A DNA stretch of 64,000 nt. It comes from Meiothermus sp. (GTDB lineage Bacteria > Deinococcota > Deinococci > Deinococcales > Thermaceae). The notes beneath the pieces were generated by a model that was not told the origin of the DNA, searched no databases, and worked only from the letters and a program-made list of their open reading frames with translations. The stretch lies in contig JANRLD010000054.1 in the NCBI GenBank assembly GCA_033762915.1, positions 35,708-99,707 on the forward strand, written 5' to 3'. Of this stretch, positions 19,653 to 27,965 are shown in pieces. The stretch's first letter is position 1; each line of letters begins with the position of its first letter. Both the position numbers and the translations under genes were made by a program.

Positions 19653-20459
19653 GTGAAGGGCAGGCTGCTGGCAGACGACGGGAGGGCCGTGGTCGTGGCC
19701 CTCGACCACGCGCTGGCCTCGGGCCAGGTGCCGCCGCTGGATCACCCCAAACCACTGCTCGATAGCCTTCTCGAGGCCCGGCCCGACGGCCTGATCCTCA
19801 CCCACGGGATGACCAAGCTGGTCTCGCCGGGCGCGGTGGGCCAGCGATGGCTGACGGCGGACTACTACGCCACCTCGACGCTGCCGGGCGCGGGCGGTGA
19901 ACATGAGATCCAGGACCAAATCTGGAGCGCGGCCACAGCCAGGGCCCTGGGCGCGACCGGGCTTAAGGTGCTACTGGTCTTCGGGCGGCACAGCCCGGAG
20001 GTCTTTCTTCGCAACGTCCGCTACGTCAGCTCGCTGATCGACGAGGCCCGCTAACTGGGCCTGGCGGTGATGGTCGAGCCGGTCCTGTGGGGCGGCGGGA
20101 TCCCGCCCGAGCGGCACCACGACCCCGAGCTGGTCGCCCACGCCGCCCGCGTGGCCTTTGAACTGGGGGCGGACGTGATCAAGGTCCCCATCCCGAGCGA
20201 CCCCAGAGCGCTCGAGGGCCTCAGCCGTAAGCTCCCGGTTCCCATCTTGCTGATGGGCGGCCCGGCCACCGACCCTGCGCACCTATTCCGGCTGATCGAG
20301 GGCTCGATGGGAGCGGGGGCGGCGGGCGTGGCGCTGGGCCGCAACGTCTGGCAGCACCCCGAGCCCGCCGCGATGGTGGCGGCGCTCAACCGGCTGGTAC
20401 ACCACGGCGCGACGGCCGGCGAGGCCTTGGACGTGCTGAAACGAGGAGGTCAGGCGTGA
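19653..20459 (+). pseudogene. class I aldolase (DhnA/LsrF/FbaB family) interrupted by in-frame TAA
   Basis: VALDH N-terminus and ELGADVIKV / VALGRNVWQ C-terminus are in the same frame; single TAA at 20052-20054. Confidence 0.85.
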
Positions 20460-21409
20460 CGCAAGAACTGCTGTTACAGCTCTACCGCACCATGTACACC
20501 ATCCGCACCTTCGACCTGCGGATCAAAGACTTGGCCGAGCGGGACGTCCTGCCCGGCTACTCCCACACCTACCTGGGCTCCGAGGCCATCGCCAGCGGGG
20601 TGATGGCGGCCCTCGAGCCCTCCGACTGGATCGCCTCCACCTACCGCAACCACGGCCACGCCATCGCCAAGGGGGTCTCGATCGAGGCCATGGCCGCCGA
20701 GGTCTACGGGCGCCGGACCGGGGTCTGCAAGGGCAAGGGCGGAGGGATGCACCTCTCCGACTTCGACAAGGGGATGCTGGGGGCTTTCGGGATTGTCGCT
20801 GCGGGCATCCCGGTGGCGGTGGGGGCCGCCCTGACCGCGAGGATGAGGGGGCTGCCCTGGGTGGCGGTGCCCTTCTTCGGTGACGGCGCGGTGCACCAGG
20901 GCGTCTTCCACGAGGGCGCCGGCCTGGCCAAGCTATGGAACCTCCCGGTGGTGCTGGTCTGCGAGAACAACCAGTACGCCGAGGCCACCTCGATCGACTA
21001 CCACCTCAACACCAAAACCATAGCCGACATGGCCTGCGCCTACAACATGCCGGCCCGCCGCGCCGACGGCATGGACGTGGTGACCGTCTACGAGACCGCC
21101 CGGGAAGCAGTGGCCCACGCCCGCGCCAACGGCCCGATCCTGCTCGAGTTCCTCTCCTACCGCTTCTCTGGGCAGTACGAGGGCGACAAGCAGACCTACC
21201 AGCCGGCGGCCGAGATGGCGGCGGCGCGGGAGCGCGACCCCATCAAGGTTTTTCGCGACCAAGCCGCCGAGCGCGGCCTGAGTGCCGGGCAGGTCGCGGC
21301 AGTCGAGGCCGAGGTCGAGCAGGCCGTCGAGCAGGCCTTCGCCGCCGCCGAGCAGGCCCCCTGGCCCGCGCCGGAAGAGGCCCTCGAGGACGTCTACGTC
21401 AGCTACTGA
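20456..21409 (+). CDS. TPP-dependent dehydrogenase E1 alpha subunit (AcoA/PdhA-like)
   Basis: STYRNHGH, GKGGGMH, GDGA...ENN TPP-binding motif. Confidence 0.93.
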   Translation: MTQELLLQLYRTMYTIRTFDLRIKDLAERDVLPGYSHTYLGSEAIASGVMAALEPSDWIASTYRNHGHAIAKGVSIEAMAAEVYGRRTGVCKGKGGGMHLSDFDKGMLGAFGIVAAGIPVAVGAALTARMRGLPWVAVPFFGDGAVHQGVFHEGAGLAKLWNLPVVLVCENNQYAEATSIDYHLNTKTIADMACAYNMPARRADGMDVVTVYETAREAVAHARANGPILLEFLSYRFSGQYEGDKQTYQPAAEMAAARERDPIKVFRDQAAERGLSAGQVAAVEAEVEQAVEQAFAAAEQAPWPAPEEALEDVYVSY

Positions 21410-21416
21410 GGTTGCC

Positions 21417-22433
21417 ATGCGAGAACTCACCGTTAAGGACGCGATCAACGAGGGGCTGCGGCAGGCCATGGAGGCCGACGACCGCGTGTTCATGATGGGC
21501 GAGGACATCGCCGGCGGGGCAGGCCGCGACGAGCAGGGCGGCCTCGACGCCTGGGGGGGGCCCTTCGGGGTGACCCAGGGCCTGGCCACCCGCTTCGGGC
21601 GCGAGCGGGTGCGCGACACCACCATCGCCGAGGCCGGCTTCTTCGGGGCCGCGGTGGGGGCCGCCATGACCGGCATGCGCCCCATCGTCGAGCTGATGTA
21701 CGTGGACTTCGTGGGAGTCTGTTACGACCAGCTTATCAATCAGGCCGCCAAGATGCGCTACATGTTCGGCGGCAAGCAGCGGGTGCCAATGGTGGTGCGT
21801 ACCGTAGTGGGGGCGGGCTTCCGCGCCGGAGCCGAGCACTCCCAGGCCCTCTACCCGCTTTACACCCACATCCCCGGCCTCAAGACGGTGGCCCCCACCA
21901 CCCCAGCCGACCACAAGGCCCTACTGCTGGCCGCCATCCAGGACGACGACCCGGTAATCTTCTTCGAGCACAAGCGCCTGTACATGACCAAGGGGCCAGT
22001 GCCCGAAGAGGCGACCCCCCTCCCGCTGGGCAAGGCCGCCGTGGTGCGGACTGGCCGGCATGTGACGGTGGTGGCGGTGCAGCGCATGGTCAACTTCTCC
22101 CTCGAGGCCGCCGCGGCCCTCGAGGCCGAGGGCATCGAGGCCGAGGTGATCGACCCCCGCACCTACTCCCCCCTCGACGAGGAGACCATCCTGGCCTCGG
22201 TGGCCAAGACCGGGCACCTGGTGATCGTCGACGAGTCTTACCCGCGCTGTGGCCTGGCCGCCGACATCTCCTCCATCGTGGCCGAGAAGGGCTTCGACTA
22301 CCTCAAGGGCCCTGTCCGCAAGGTCACCCCACCGCACACCTCGGTGCCCTTCAGCCCGCCGATGGAGGACTTCTACCTGCCCTCCCCACAGAAGATCGCC
22401 GATGCGGTGCGGGGCCTACTGGGTGCCCGGTGA
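21417..22433 (+). CDS. TPP-dependent dehydrogenase E1 beta subunit (AcoB-like)
   Basis: MGEDIAGG..DAWGGPFGVT, RVRDTTIAE, HSQ, DPVIFFEHK. Confidence 0.93.
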   Translation: MRELTVKDAINEGLRQAMEADDRVFMMGEDIAGGAGRDEQGGLDAWGGPFGVTQGLATRFGRERVRDTTIAEAGFFGAAVGAAMTGMRPIVELMYVDFVGVCYDQLINQAAKMRYMFGGKQRVPMVVRTVVGAGFRAGAEHSQALYPLYTHIPGLKTVAPTTPADHKALLLAAIQDDDPVIFFEHKRLYMTKGPVPEEATPLPLGKAAVVRTGRHVTVVAVQRMVNFSLEAAAALEAEGIEAEVIDPRTYSPLDEETILASVAKTGHLVIVDESYPRCGLAADISSIVAEKGFDYLKGPVRKVTPPHTSVPFSPPMEDFYLPSPQKIADAVRGLLGAR

Positions 22434-23176
22434 AGCTGGACGCCGCCATGCTGATGCGGGCGCTGGGCCTCGCCCAGAGTGAGGTCCCGGCGGCGGTGAT
22501 CCTCGAGGGCTCCTGGTGGCAGCAGCAGCGCAACCGGCTGCGGCTGGGACGCCTCGAGCGGGTGCGCGAGCTGCCCTTCCCCGAGATGCACCTGGGCTAC
22601 TTTCAGGACAGGCCCGTGCTCTACTCGTGCGCCTACGGCGCACCCAGAGCCGTCGAACCGGTGCACATCTTCGGCAGCTTGGGCACGTCCCTGGCCATCC
22701 AGATCGGCTCTTGCGGCGCCATCGGGCGCGGCGTTAATACCGGCGATGTTGTGCTGCCCACCGAGGTAAGAATCGGCGAGGGGGCCTCGCAGTATTACGC
22801 CGAGGGCGATTGGGCGCGGCCCGACCCGACCTGGGTGGAACGGGCCGACCAGGGGCTGAGGGCTCGAGGCCTCCCCACCCACCGGGGCAGGTTCATCACC
22901 ACCTCGGCACTGTTCGCCCAACCGCCGGAGCGTGTGGCGGGCTGGGAGCGCGAGGGCTACCTGGGAGTGGACATGGAGACCTCGGCGGTGTTCACGGTCG
23001 CGGGGGTGATGGGGATGGGGGCGGTTTCGATGGTGTTCGCCTGGGATGAGCTGTACCTGGGGCGCACCTTCCTCGACGAATTCTCGGCAGACGAAAAGAA
23101 CCGACAGGAGCAGGCCAACCTGGCCATTTTCGAGGTGGCCCTCGAGCTGGCCCTGCAAGCGGAGGTACGGGCATGA
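22430..23176 (+). CDS. nucleoside phosphorylase (PNP/UDP) family protein
   Basis: YGAP, IQIGSCGAI, GDVVLP..GEGAS, GVDMETSA. Confidence 0.85.
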   Translation: MKLDAAMLMRALGLAQSEVPAAVILEGSWWQQQRNRLRLGRLERVRELPFPEMHLGYFQDRPVLYSCAYGAPRAVEPVHIFGSLGTSLAIQIGSCGAIGRGVNTGDVVLPTEVRIGEGASQYYAEGDWARPDPTWVERADQGLRARGLPTHRGRFITTSALFAQPPERVAGWEREGYLGVDMETSAVFTVAGVMGMGAVSMVFAWDELYLGRTFLDEFSADEKNRQEQANLAIFEVALELALQAEVRA

Positions 23177-24015
23177 AACTGGGCGTTCACCTCGGCTACT
23201 TTATGGACTCGTGGGGCGACGACCCCCTGCCCCTGATCCCCCGGGCCAAAAGGGCTGGCTGCGAGGTGGTGGAGATCTCGCTCTACAGCCGGCTCCCCGA
23301 CCGTCTCGAGACCCTGCGCCGGGTCGCCGACGCGGAGGGCGTCGAACTGACCTTCACCACCGGCCTGCAGCCCCAGAAGGACATCTCGAGCGCCGACCCT
23401 GCCGTTTTCCGGGCGGGCCTGGACTACCTGCAGGAGTGCCTCGAGAGGGTCGCCGAGGCGGGCGGCTCGGTACTGAGCGGGGTGGTCTTCGCGCCGTGGG
23501 GGGTCCGGACCGGCGAGGACCTGGAGGGGCGGCTGGCCCGGGCCACCGAGGGCCTGGCGCAAGCGGCCCGTCACGCCGAGCGCCTGGGGGTGGACCTGGG
23601 CATCGAGCCGATCAACCGCTACGAGACCGACCTGGTGACCACGGTGGGTACGGCCATGCAGATGGTGCGCTCGATTGGGTCACCACGGGTGGGCGTCCTC
23701 TTCGATGTGTTTCACGTGCAGCTCGAGGAGGACAGCATCGCGGGCGCAGCGGCCGAGGCTGGCCCCGCCCTCAAGCACGTCCACCTCGCCGACAACCACC
23801 GGGGTCTGCCGGGAAGCGGCAGCCTGGACTGGGGCGGGCTGCTGAGCGCCCTCGAGTCCACCCGCTATCCGGGCCGAGCCGTCATCGAGGCCTTCACCCG
23901 CACCGGAACCGCGGTGGCCCGGGACACGGGTACATGGGTGCCACGCGGGCGCACCGGCGACCTGGATGCCGACCTCCGCGACTCGCTGCAGTTTTTGAGG
24001 GGACTCGGATGGTGA
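23173..24015 (+). CDS. D-psicose/D-tagatose 3-epimerase family protein
   Basis: IEPINRYE, DVFH, HVHLADNHRGLPGSG, VIEAF. Confidence 0.88.
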   Translation: MKLGVHLGYFMDSWGDDPLPLIPRAKRAGCEVVEISLYSRLPDRLETLRRVADAEGVELTFTTGLQPQKDISSADPAVFRAGLDYLQECLERVAEAGGSVLSGVVFAPWGVRTGEDLEGRLARATEGLAQAARHAERLGVDLGIEPINRYETDLVTTVGTAMQMVRSIGSPRVGVLFDVFHVQLEEDSIAGAAAEAGPALKHVHLADNHRGLPGSGSLDWGGLLSALESTRYPGRAVIEAFTRTGTAVARDTGTWVPRGRTGDLDADLRDSLQFLRGLGW

Positions 24016-24638
24016 GGCTCGAGACCGCCGCCCTACGGGCCTGGATTCTGGCCCTACCCGGGGTCTTCTCGGCCAACCTCGAGCGCCTCAACGCCCTCGA
24101 CGCCCGGGCCGGCGACGGCGACCACGGCACCACCATCCTTCGGGGCTTGAAGGCGGCAGCCGAGGCCGTGAGCGGGGTGCCGGCCAACGATGCCAAGGCC
24201 GTCCTGTCGGCGGCGGGCTCGGCCCTGAGGCGCAGCGCCGGGGGAGCCTCCGGACCGCTGTTTTCCTGCCTCTTCCTCGAGCTGGCCAAGACTGCGGGCG
24301 AGGACGGGCTCGAGCTGGCAGGCTTCGCTTCTGGCCTGGCCAACACTGCCGCAGCCGTCTCGCGTCTGGGCAAAGCCCAACCCGGAGACCGCACCATGTT
24401 GGACGCCATCGCGCCCGCCCTCGAGGCCGCTCAGTCCCATTCCGACCTATCCGGAGCCCTCGGGGCCGCCGCAGCGAGCGCGCTGAAGGGGGTTGAGGCC
24501 ACCGCGTCGATGACGGCCCGCAAGGGGCGGGCGCAGTTCGTCAACGCGGGCCAGGTGGGCAGCCCCGACGCCGGCGCGGCCTCGGTCGCGCTGATGCTGC
24601 AAGCCCTGCGGGAGGTGGCCCTTGAAGAAGCTCATTAA
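24009..24638 (+). CDS. dhaL: dihydroxyacetone kinase-like subunit L (DAK2)
   Basis: LDARAGDGDHG, GGASGPL, GDRTMLDA, ARKGRA, PDAGA. Confidence 0.9.
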   Translation: MVRLETAALRAWILALPGVFSANLERLNALDARAGDGDHGTTILRGLKAAAEAVSGVPANDAKAVLSAAGSALRRSAGGASGPLFSCLFLELAKTAGEDGLELAGFASGLANTAAAVSRLGKAQPGDRTMLDAIAPALEAAQSHSDLSGALGAAAASALKGVEATASMTARKGRAQFVNAGQVGSPDAGAASVALMLQALREVALEEAH

Positions 24639-25614
24639 CAGCCCGGACCGGATCGTCGACGACATGCTCGAGGGCTACGCCGCCGCCTACGGCGACCTAA
24701 TCCGCTACGCTCCCGGAAGCCGCGTGGTGCTGCGGCGCGAGCCCAAGCGGGGCGGCGTGGGGCTGGTGATCGGCAATGGCTCGGGCCACGAGCCCATCGC
24801 GATGGGCTGGGTGGGGCACGGGATGCTCGACGCCAACGCAGTCGGCGACGTCTTCACCGCCCCCGGCCCCGAGCTGATCGTAGAGGCCCTCAGGGCTGCC
24901 GACCCCGGCGGGGGCTGCCTGCTGCTGATCTCCAACCATGCTGGCGACGTGATGAACGGGGAGCTAGCCGTGGAGATGGCCCGGGAAGAGGGGCTGAAGG
25001 TCGAGCCCCTGGTCATGTACGACGACATCTCCTCCGCCCCCAGGGGCCGCGAGCCCGAGCGGCGCGGCGCGCCCGGCACCACCTTCGTCTACAAGATCGT
25101 GGGAGCGCGGGCCGAGGAGGGGGCGGGTCTGGAGGAGCTGCTCCGGCTAGGCGAGAGGGTGCGCGACGCCACTCGGACCCTCGGCGTGGCCCTGTACCCG
25201 GGCACCTCCCCGCTGACCGGCGAGCCCATGTTCCACCTCGCGGAGGACGAGATTTTCATCGGCATGGGCGTACACGGCGAGGCCGGGTTCAGGAAGCAGA
25301 AGGTCGCACCCGCCGCCGAGGTGGTGCGCACCATGGCCGAGGCGCTGCTCGAGGACCTGCCCTTCGGGGCGGGCGACGAGGTGCTGGCCTTCGTCAACGG
25401 GGCGGGAGGTACCACCCTGGGCGAGCTGCTGGTGGCCTACCGGGAGTTGGACCGGGTGCTCGCGGAGCGGGGCATCCGTGCACACCGGCCGCTGGTGGGC
25501 AGCTACATCACCACCCAGGAGATGGGGGGCGTGTCGCTCTCGCTGTGCCGCGCCACCGACGAGTTCAAGCGCCTCTGGGACGCGCCCACCCGGGTGCCGT
25601 TCTTCCACCGCTGA
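24622..25614 (+). CDS. dhaK: dihydroxyacetone kinase-like subunit K (DAK1)
   Basis: MKKLINSP, GSGHEP, GDVMN, GMGVHGE, ITTQEMGG. Confidence 0.92.
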   Translation: MKKLINSPDRIVDDMLEGYAAAYGDLIRYAPGSRVVLRREPKRGGVGLVIGNGSGHEPIAMGWVGHGMLDANAVGDVFTAPGPELIVEALRAADPGGGCLLLISNHAGDVMNGELAVEMAREEGLKVEPLVMYDDISSAPRGREPERRGAPGTTFVYKIVGARAEEGAGLEELLRLGERVRDATRTLGVALYPGTSPLTGEPMFHLAEDEIFIGMGVHGEAGFRKQKVAPAAEVVRTMAEALLEDLPFGAGDEVLAFVNGAGGTTLGELLVAYRELDRVLAERGIRAHRPLVGSYITTQEMGGVSLSLCRATDEFKRLWDAPTRVPFFHR

Positions 25615-25625
25615 GGCCGCGGGCC

Positions 25626-26672
25626 GTGCGCGCGCTCACGGTGCTGGGTCCGGTGCCCGCCGATCGGCTCGGGCTAACCCTGATGCACGAGCACCTGCTG
25701 TTCGACTTCTCGATGTGCCTGGCCGCGCCCAGCACCCCTGAGGAGCGGGCCTTGGCGTGCCAGCCGGTGCACGCCGGCATCCTGGGGGCGCTGCGCTTCA
25801 ACCCCTGCTTGGTCGGCGACAACCTGGTGAACCGCGACACCGACCTGGCCGCCCGGGAGGCCCTCGAGTTTGTCGCCCAGGGCGGCCAAACCCTGGTTGA
25901 CCCAACCAACGCCTCTATCGGGCGCGACCCGGCCGGCCTGGTGGCCATCGCCCGGGCCACCGGGCTGCACATCGTAATGGGCTCGGGATATTACTACCAG
26001 GTCGCCCTCGACGAGGCCTTTGGGCAGCGCAGCCTCCAGAGTATCACCGACGAGATCGTGCGGGATGTGACCCTGGGCGTCGGCGAGACAGGGGTGCGGG
26101 CCGGGTTGATCGGCGAGATCGGCACCTCCGCGCCCATCACCCCTTCGGAAGAGAAGTCCCTGCGGGCCTCAGCCCAGGCCCAGGCCCGCACCGGCGCACC
26201 GCTGATGGTCCACCTCGACGGCTGGGGAAGGGAGGGGCACCGGGTCTTGGACCTGGTGGAGGCGGAGGGCGGCGACCTTGGGCGCACCGTGCTGTGCCAC
26301 ATGAACCCCTCCTGGTTCGACCTGGGCTACCAGTCCAGCCTGGCCGACCGGGGGGCTTACCTCGAGTACGACATGTTGGGAATCCATCACTTCTATCCGC
26401 CCGACCGCGCCAGCCCCGACGAGATGAGCGCCATCGGGGCCATTCGCGCACTGATCGAGCGGGGTCACCTCCGGCAGCTCCTGCTCAGCCAGGACGTGTA
26501 CCTGAAGATGATGTTCCGCCGCTATGGCGGTCACGGCTACGCCCACATCCTGGGCAACCTGCGGCCGTACTTCCGCCTTGGCGGCGTAGCCGACGCGGAG
26601 CTCGAGGTCATGCTGCGGGACAACCCGCAGCGGGTGCTGGGCTTCCTGCCCGACGGGCCAGAGGAGGAGTGA
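25626..26672 (+). CDS. phosphotriesterase/PHP family amidohydrolase (possible lactonase)
   Basis: TVLGPV, TLMHEHL, GLIGEIG, VLCHM, LLSQD. Confidence 0.9.
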   Translation: MRALTVLGPVPADRLGLTLMHEHLLFDFSMCLAAPSTPEERALACQPVHAGILGALRFNPCLVGDNLVNRDTDLAAREALEFVAQGGQTLVDPTNASIGRDPAGLVAIARATGLHIVMGSGYYYQVALDEAFGQRSLQSITDEIVRDVTLGVGETGVRAGLIGEIGTSAPITPSEEKSLRASAQAQARTGAPLMVHLDGWGREGHRVLDLVEAEGGDLGRTVLCHMNPSWFDLGYQSSLADRGAYLEYDMLGIHHFYPPDRASPDEMSAIGAIRALIERGHLRQLLLSQDVYLKMMFRRYGGHGYAHILGNLRPYFRLGGVADAELEVMLRDNPQRVLGFLPDGPEEE

Positions 26673-27443
26673 ATGGCGGGACTGCTTTCAGGCAAGGTGG
26701 CGGTGGTGACTGGGGCGGCGAGCGGGAACGGTCGGGCAATTGCGCTGGCCTTCGCACGGGAGGGGGCGGGCGTGGTCGTCGCCGACATTCGCCAGGACCC
26801 CCGAGAGGGGGGCACGCCGACCCACCAGCACATCGCCCACGAGACCGGCTCGCAGGCCCTGTACGTGCGCTGCGACGTGACCCAGCTTGCTGACCTCGAG
26901 GCCGCCGTAGCCGCCGCCGACGCGCTGGGCGGGGTGGACATCCTGGTGAACAACGCGGGCATCCTCACCAAGCAGGGCGTGCTCGAGGCCAGCGAGGCCG
27001 ATTTCGACCGGATGATGGCGGTCAACGTAAAGAGCGTCTACTTTGGCTCACAGGCCGCCGCCCGGCGCATGAAAGGCAAGGGCGGGGGCAGCATCATCAA
27101 CCTCTCGAGCATAGCCGGGCTGCGCGGCACCGGCGGCTACGCGCTCTACTGCGCCAGCAAAGGCGCGGTGCGGCTAATGACCTACGCCCTCGCCGACGAG
27201 CTGGGGCCGCTGGGCATCCGGGTCAACGCCCTCCACCCCGGCATCATCGAGACCCAGATGAACATCGCCGACGACCCGCTGATCGGCACCCAGGCCGGGG
27301 ACTTCTACATGAACCTGATCCCCCTGCGGCGCTGGGGCCAGCCGGGCGAGGTGGCCGACGCGGCGGTGTTCCTGGCCAGCGACCAATCCGCCTACGTCAG
27401 CGGGGCCTCGCTGGTGGTGGACGGGGGTTACCTGCGTAGTTGA
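26673..27443 (+). CDS. SDR family NAD(P)-dependent oxidoreductase
   Basis: TGAASGNG, NNAG, YCASK, VDGG. Confidence 0.95.
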   Translation: MAGLLSGKVAVVTGAASGNGRAIALAFAREGAGVVVADIRQDPREGGTPTHQHIAHETGSQALYVRCDVTQLADLEAAVAAADALGGVDILVNNAGILTKQGVLEASEADFDRMMAVNVKSVYFGSQAAARRMKGKGGGSIINLSSIAGLRGTGGYALYCASKGAVRLMTYALADELGPLGIRVNALHPGIIETQMNIADDPLIGTQAGDFYMNLIPLRRWGQPGEVADAAVFLASDQSAYVSGASLVVDGGYLRS

Positions 27444-27494
27444 GCACGCAGTGGCGCTATAGATCGACTCTTCCCTACAGCGGTTTGCTGCCGT

Positions 27495-27607
27495 GATCTT
27501 GCCAATAGGTACAACTTGAGGCAACAAAAGTCGCCATTTTAGCGCCTCGTCAGGGCGATTTATCCGGGGTTCCCAGGCATACTCCCTAGAGCGGTTTTTG
27601 CTGTAGG
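27495..27607 (+). repeat. degenerate dispersed repeat, copy A
   Basis: 27502-27535 matches 41479-41512 at 28/34 nt; 27553-27568 matches 41555-41570 at 15/16; ATACTCCCTA...GCGGTTTTT(T)GCTGTAGG shared with 41331-41372. Confidence 0.7.
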
Positions 27608-27965
27608 TACATTGCCACCGCGAGAAAGGCAAGGGCGGGAACCGCGAAGGTTCTTGGCCGGCGACTATTCCTAGAGGCAGGGTGACTCGAGCGCTAAGTG
27701 CAGCTAGGTGAATCTGCAAGATCTGTAGGGCAAAACTTACATTCCTGACACAGTTCTCTATCGCTGCTTCGGTGCGGCATCTCGCAGTTAAACTATTCAG
27801 GCCACTTTGACGCTAGAAGCCGCCTGGCCGCGCACTCGCTCTCGGACAAAAGCGCCCCGGCCGTACAAATGGCCCCTGCAGGTCGTCGGTACACCCGCCG
27901 AACTCCAGGAGGCTCCGGCCGCTGTAGACCACCTCTTCAGGTTGGCCCTCCCCTATAACCGCCGC

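Noticed and set aside
20052..20054. Selenocysteine or pyrrolysine recoding in the aldolase
   Set aside because: The codon is TAA, not TGA or TAG, and is not at a catalytic position
27800..27960. Short ORFs downstream of the sulfite reductase
   Set aside because: No SD or recognisable motif; at most a gene remnant
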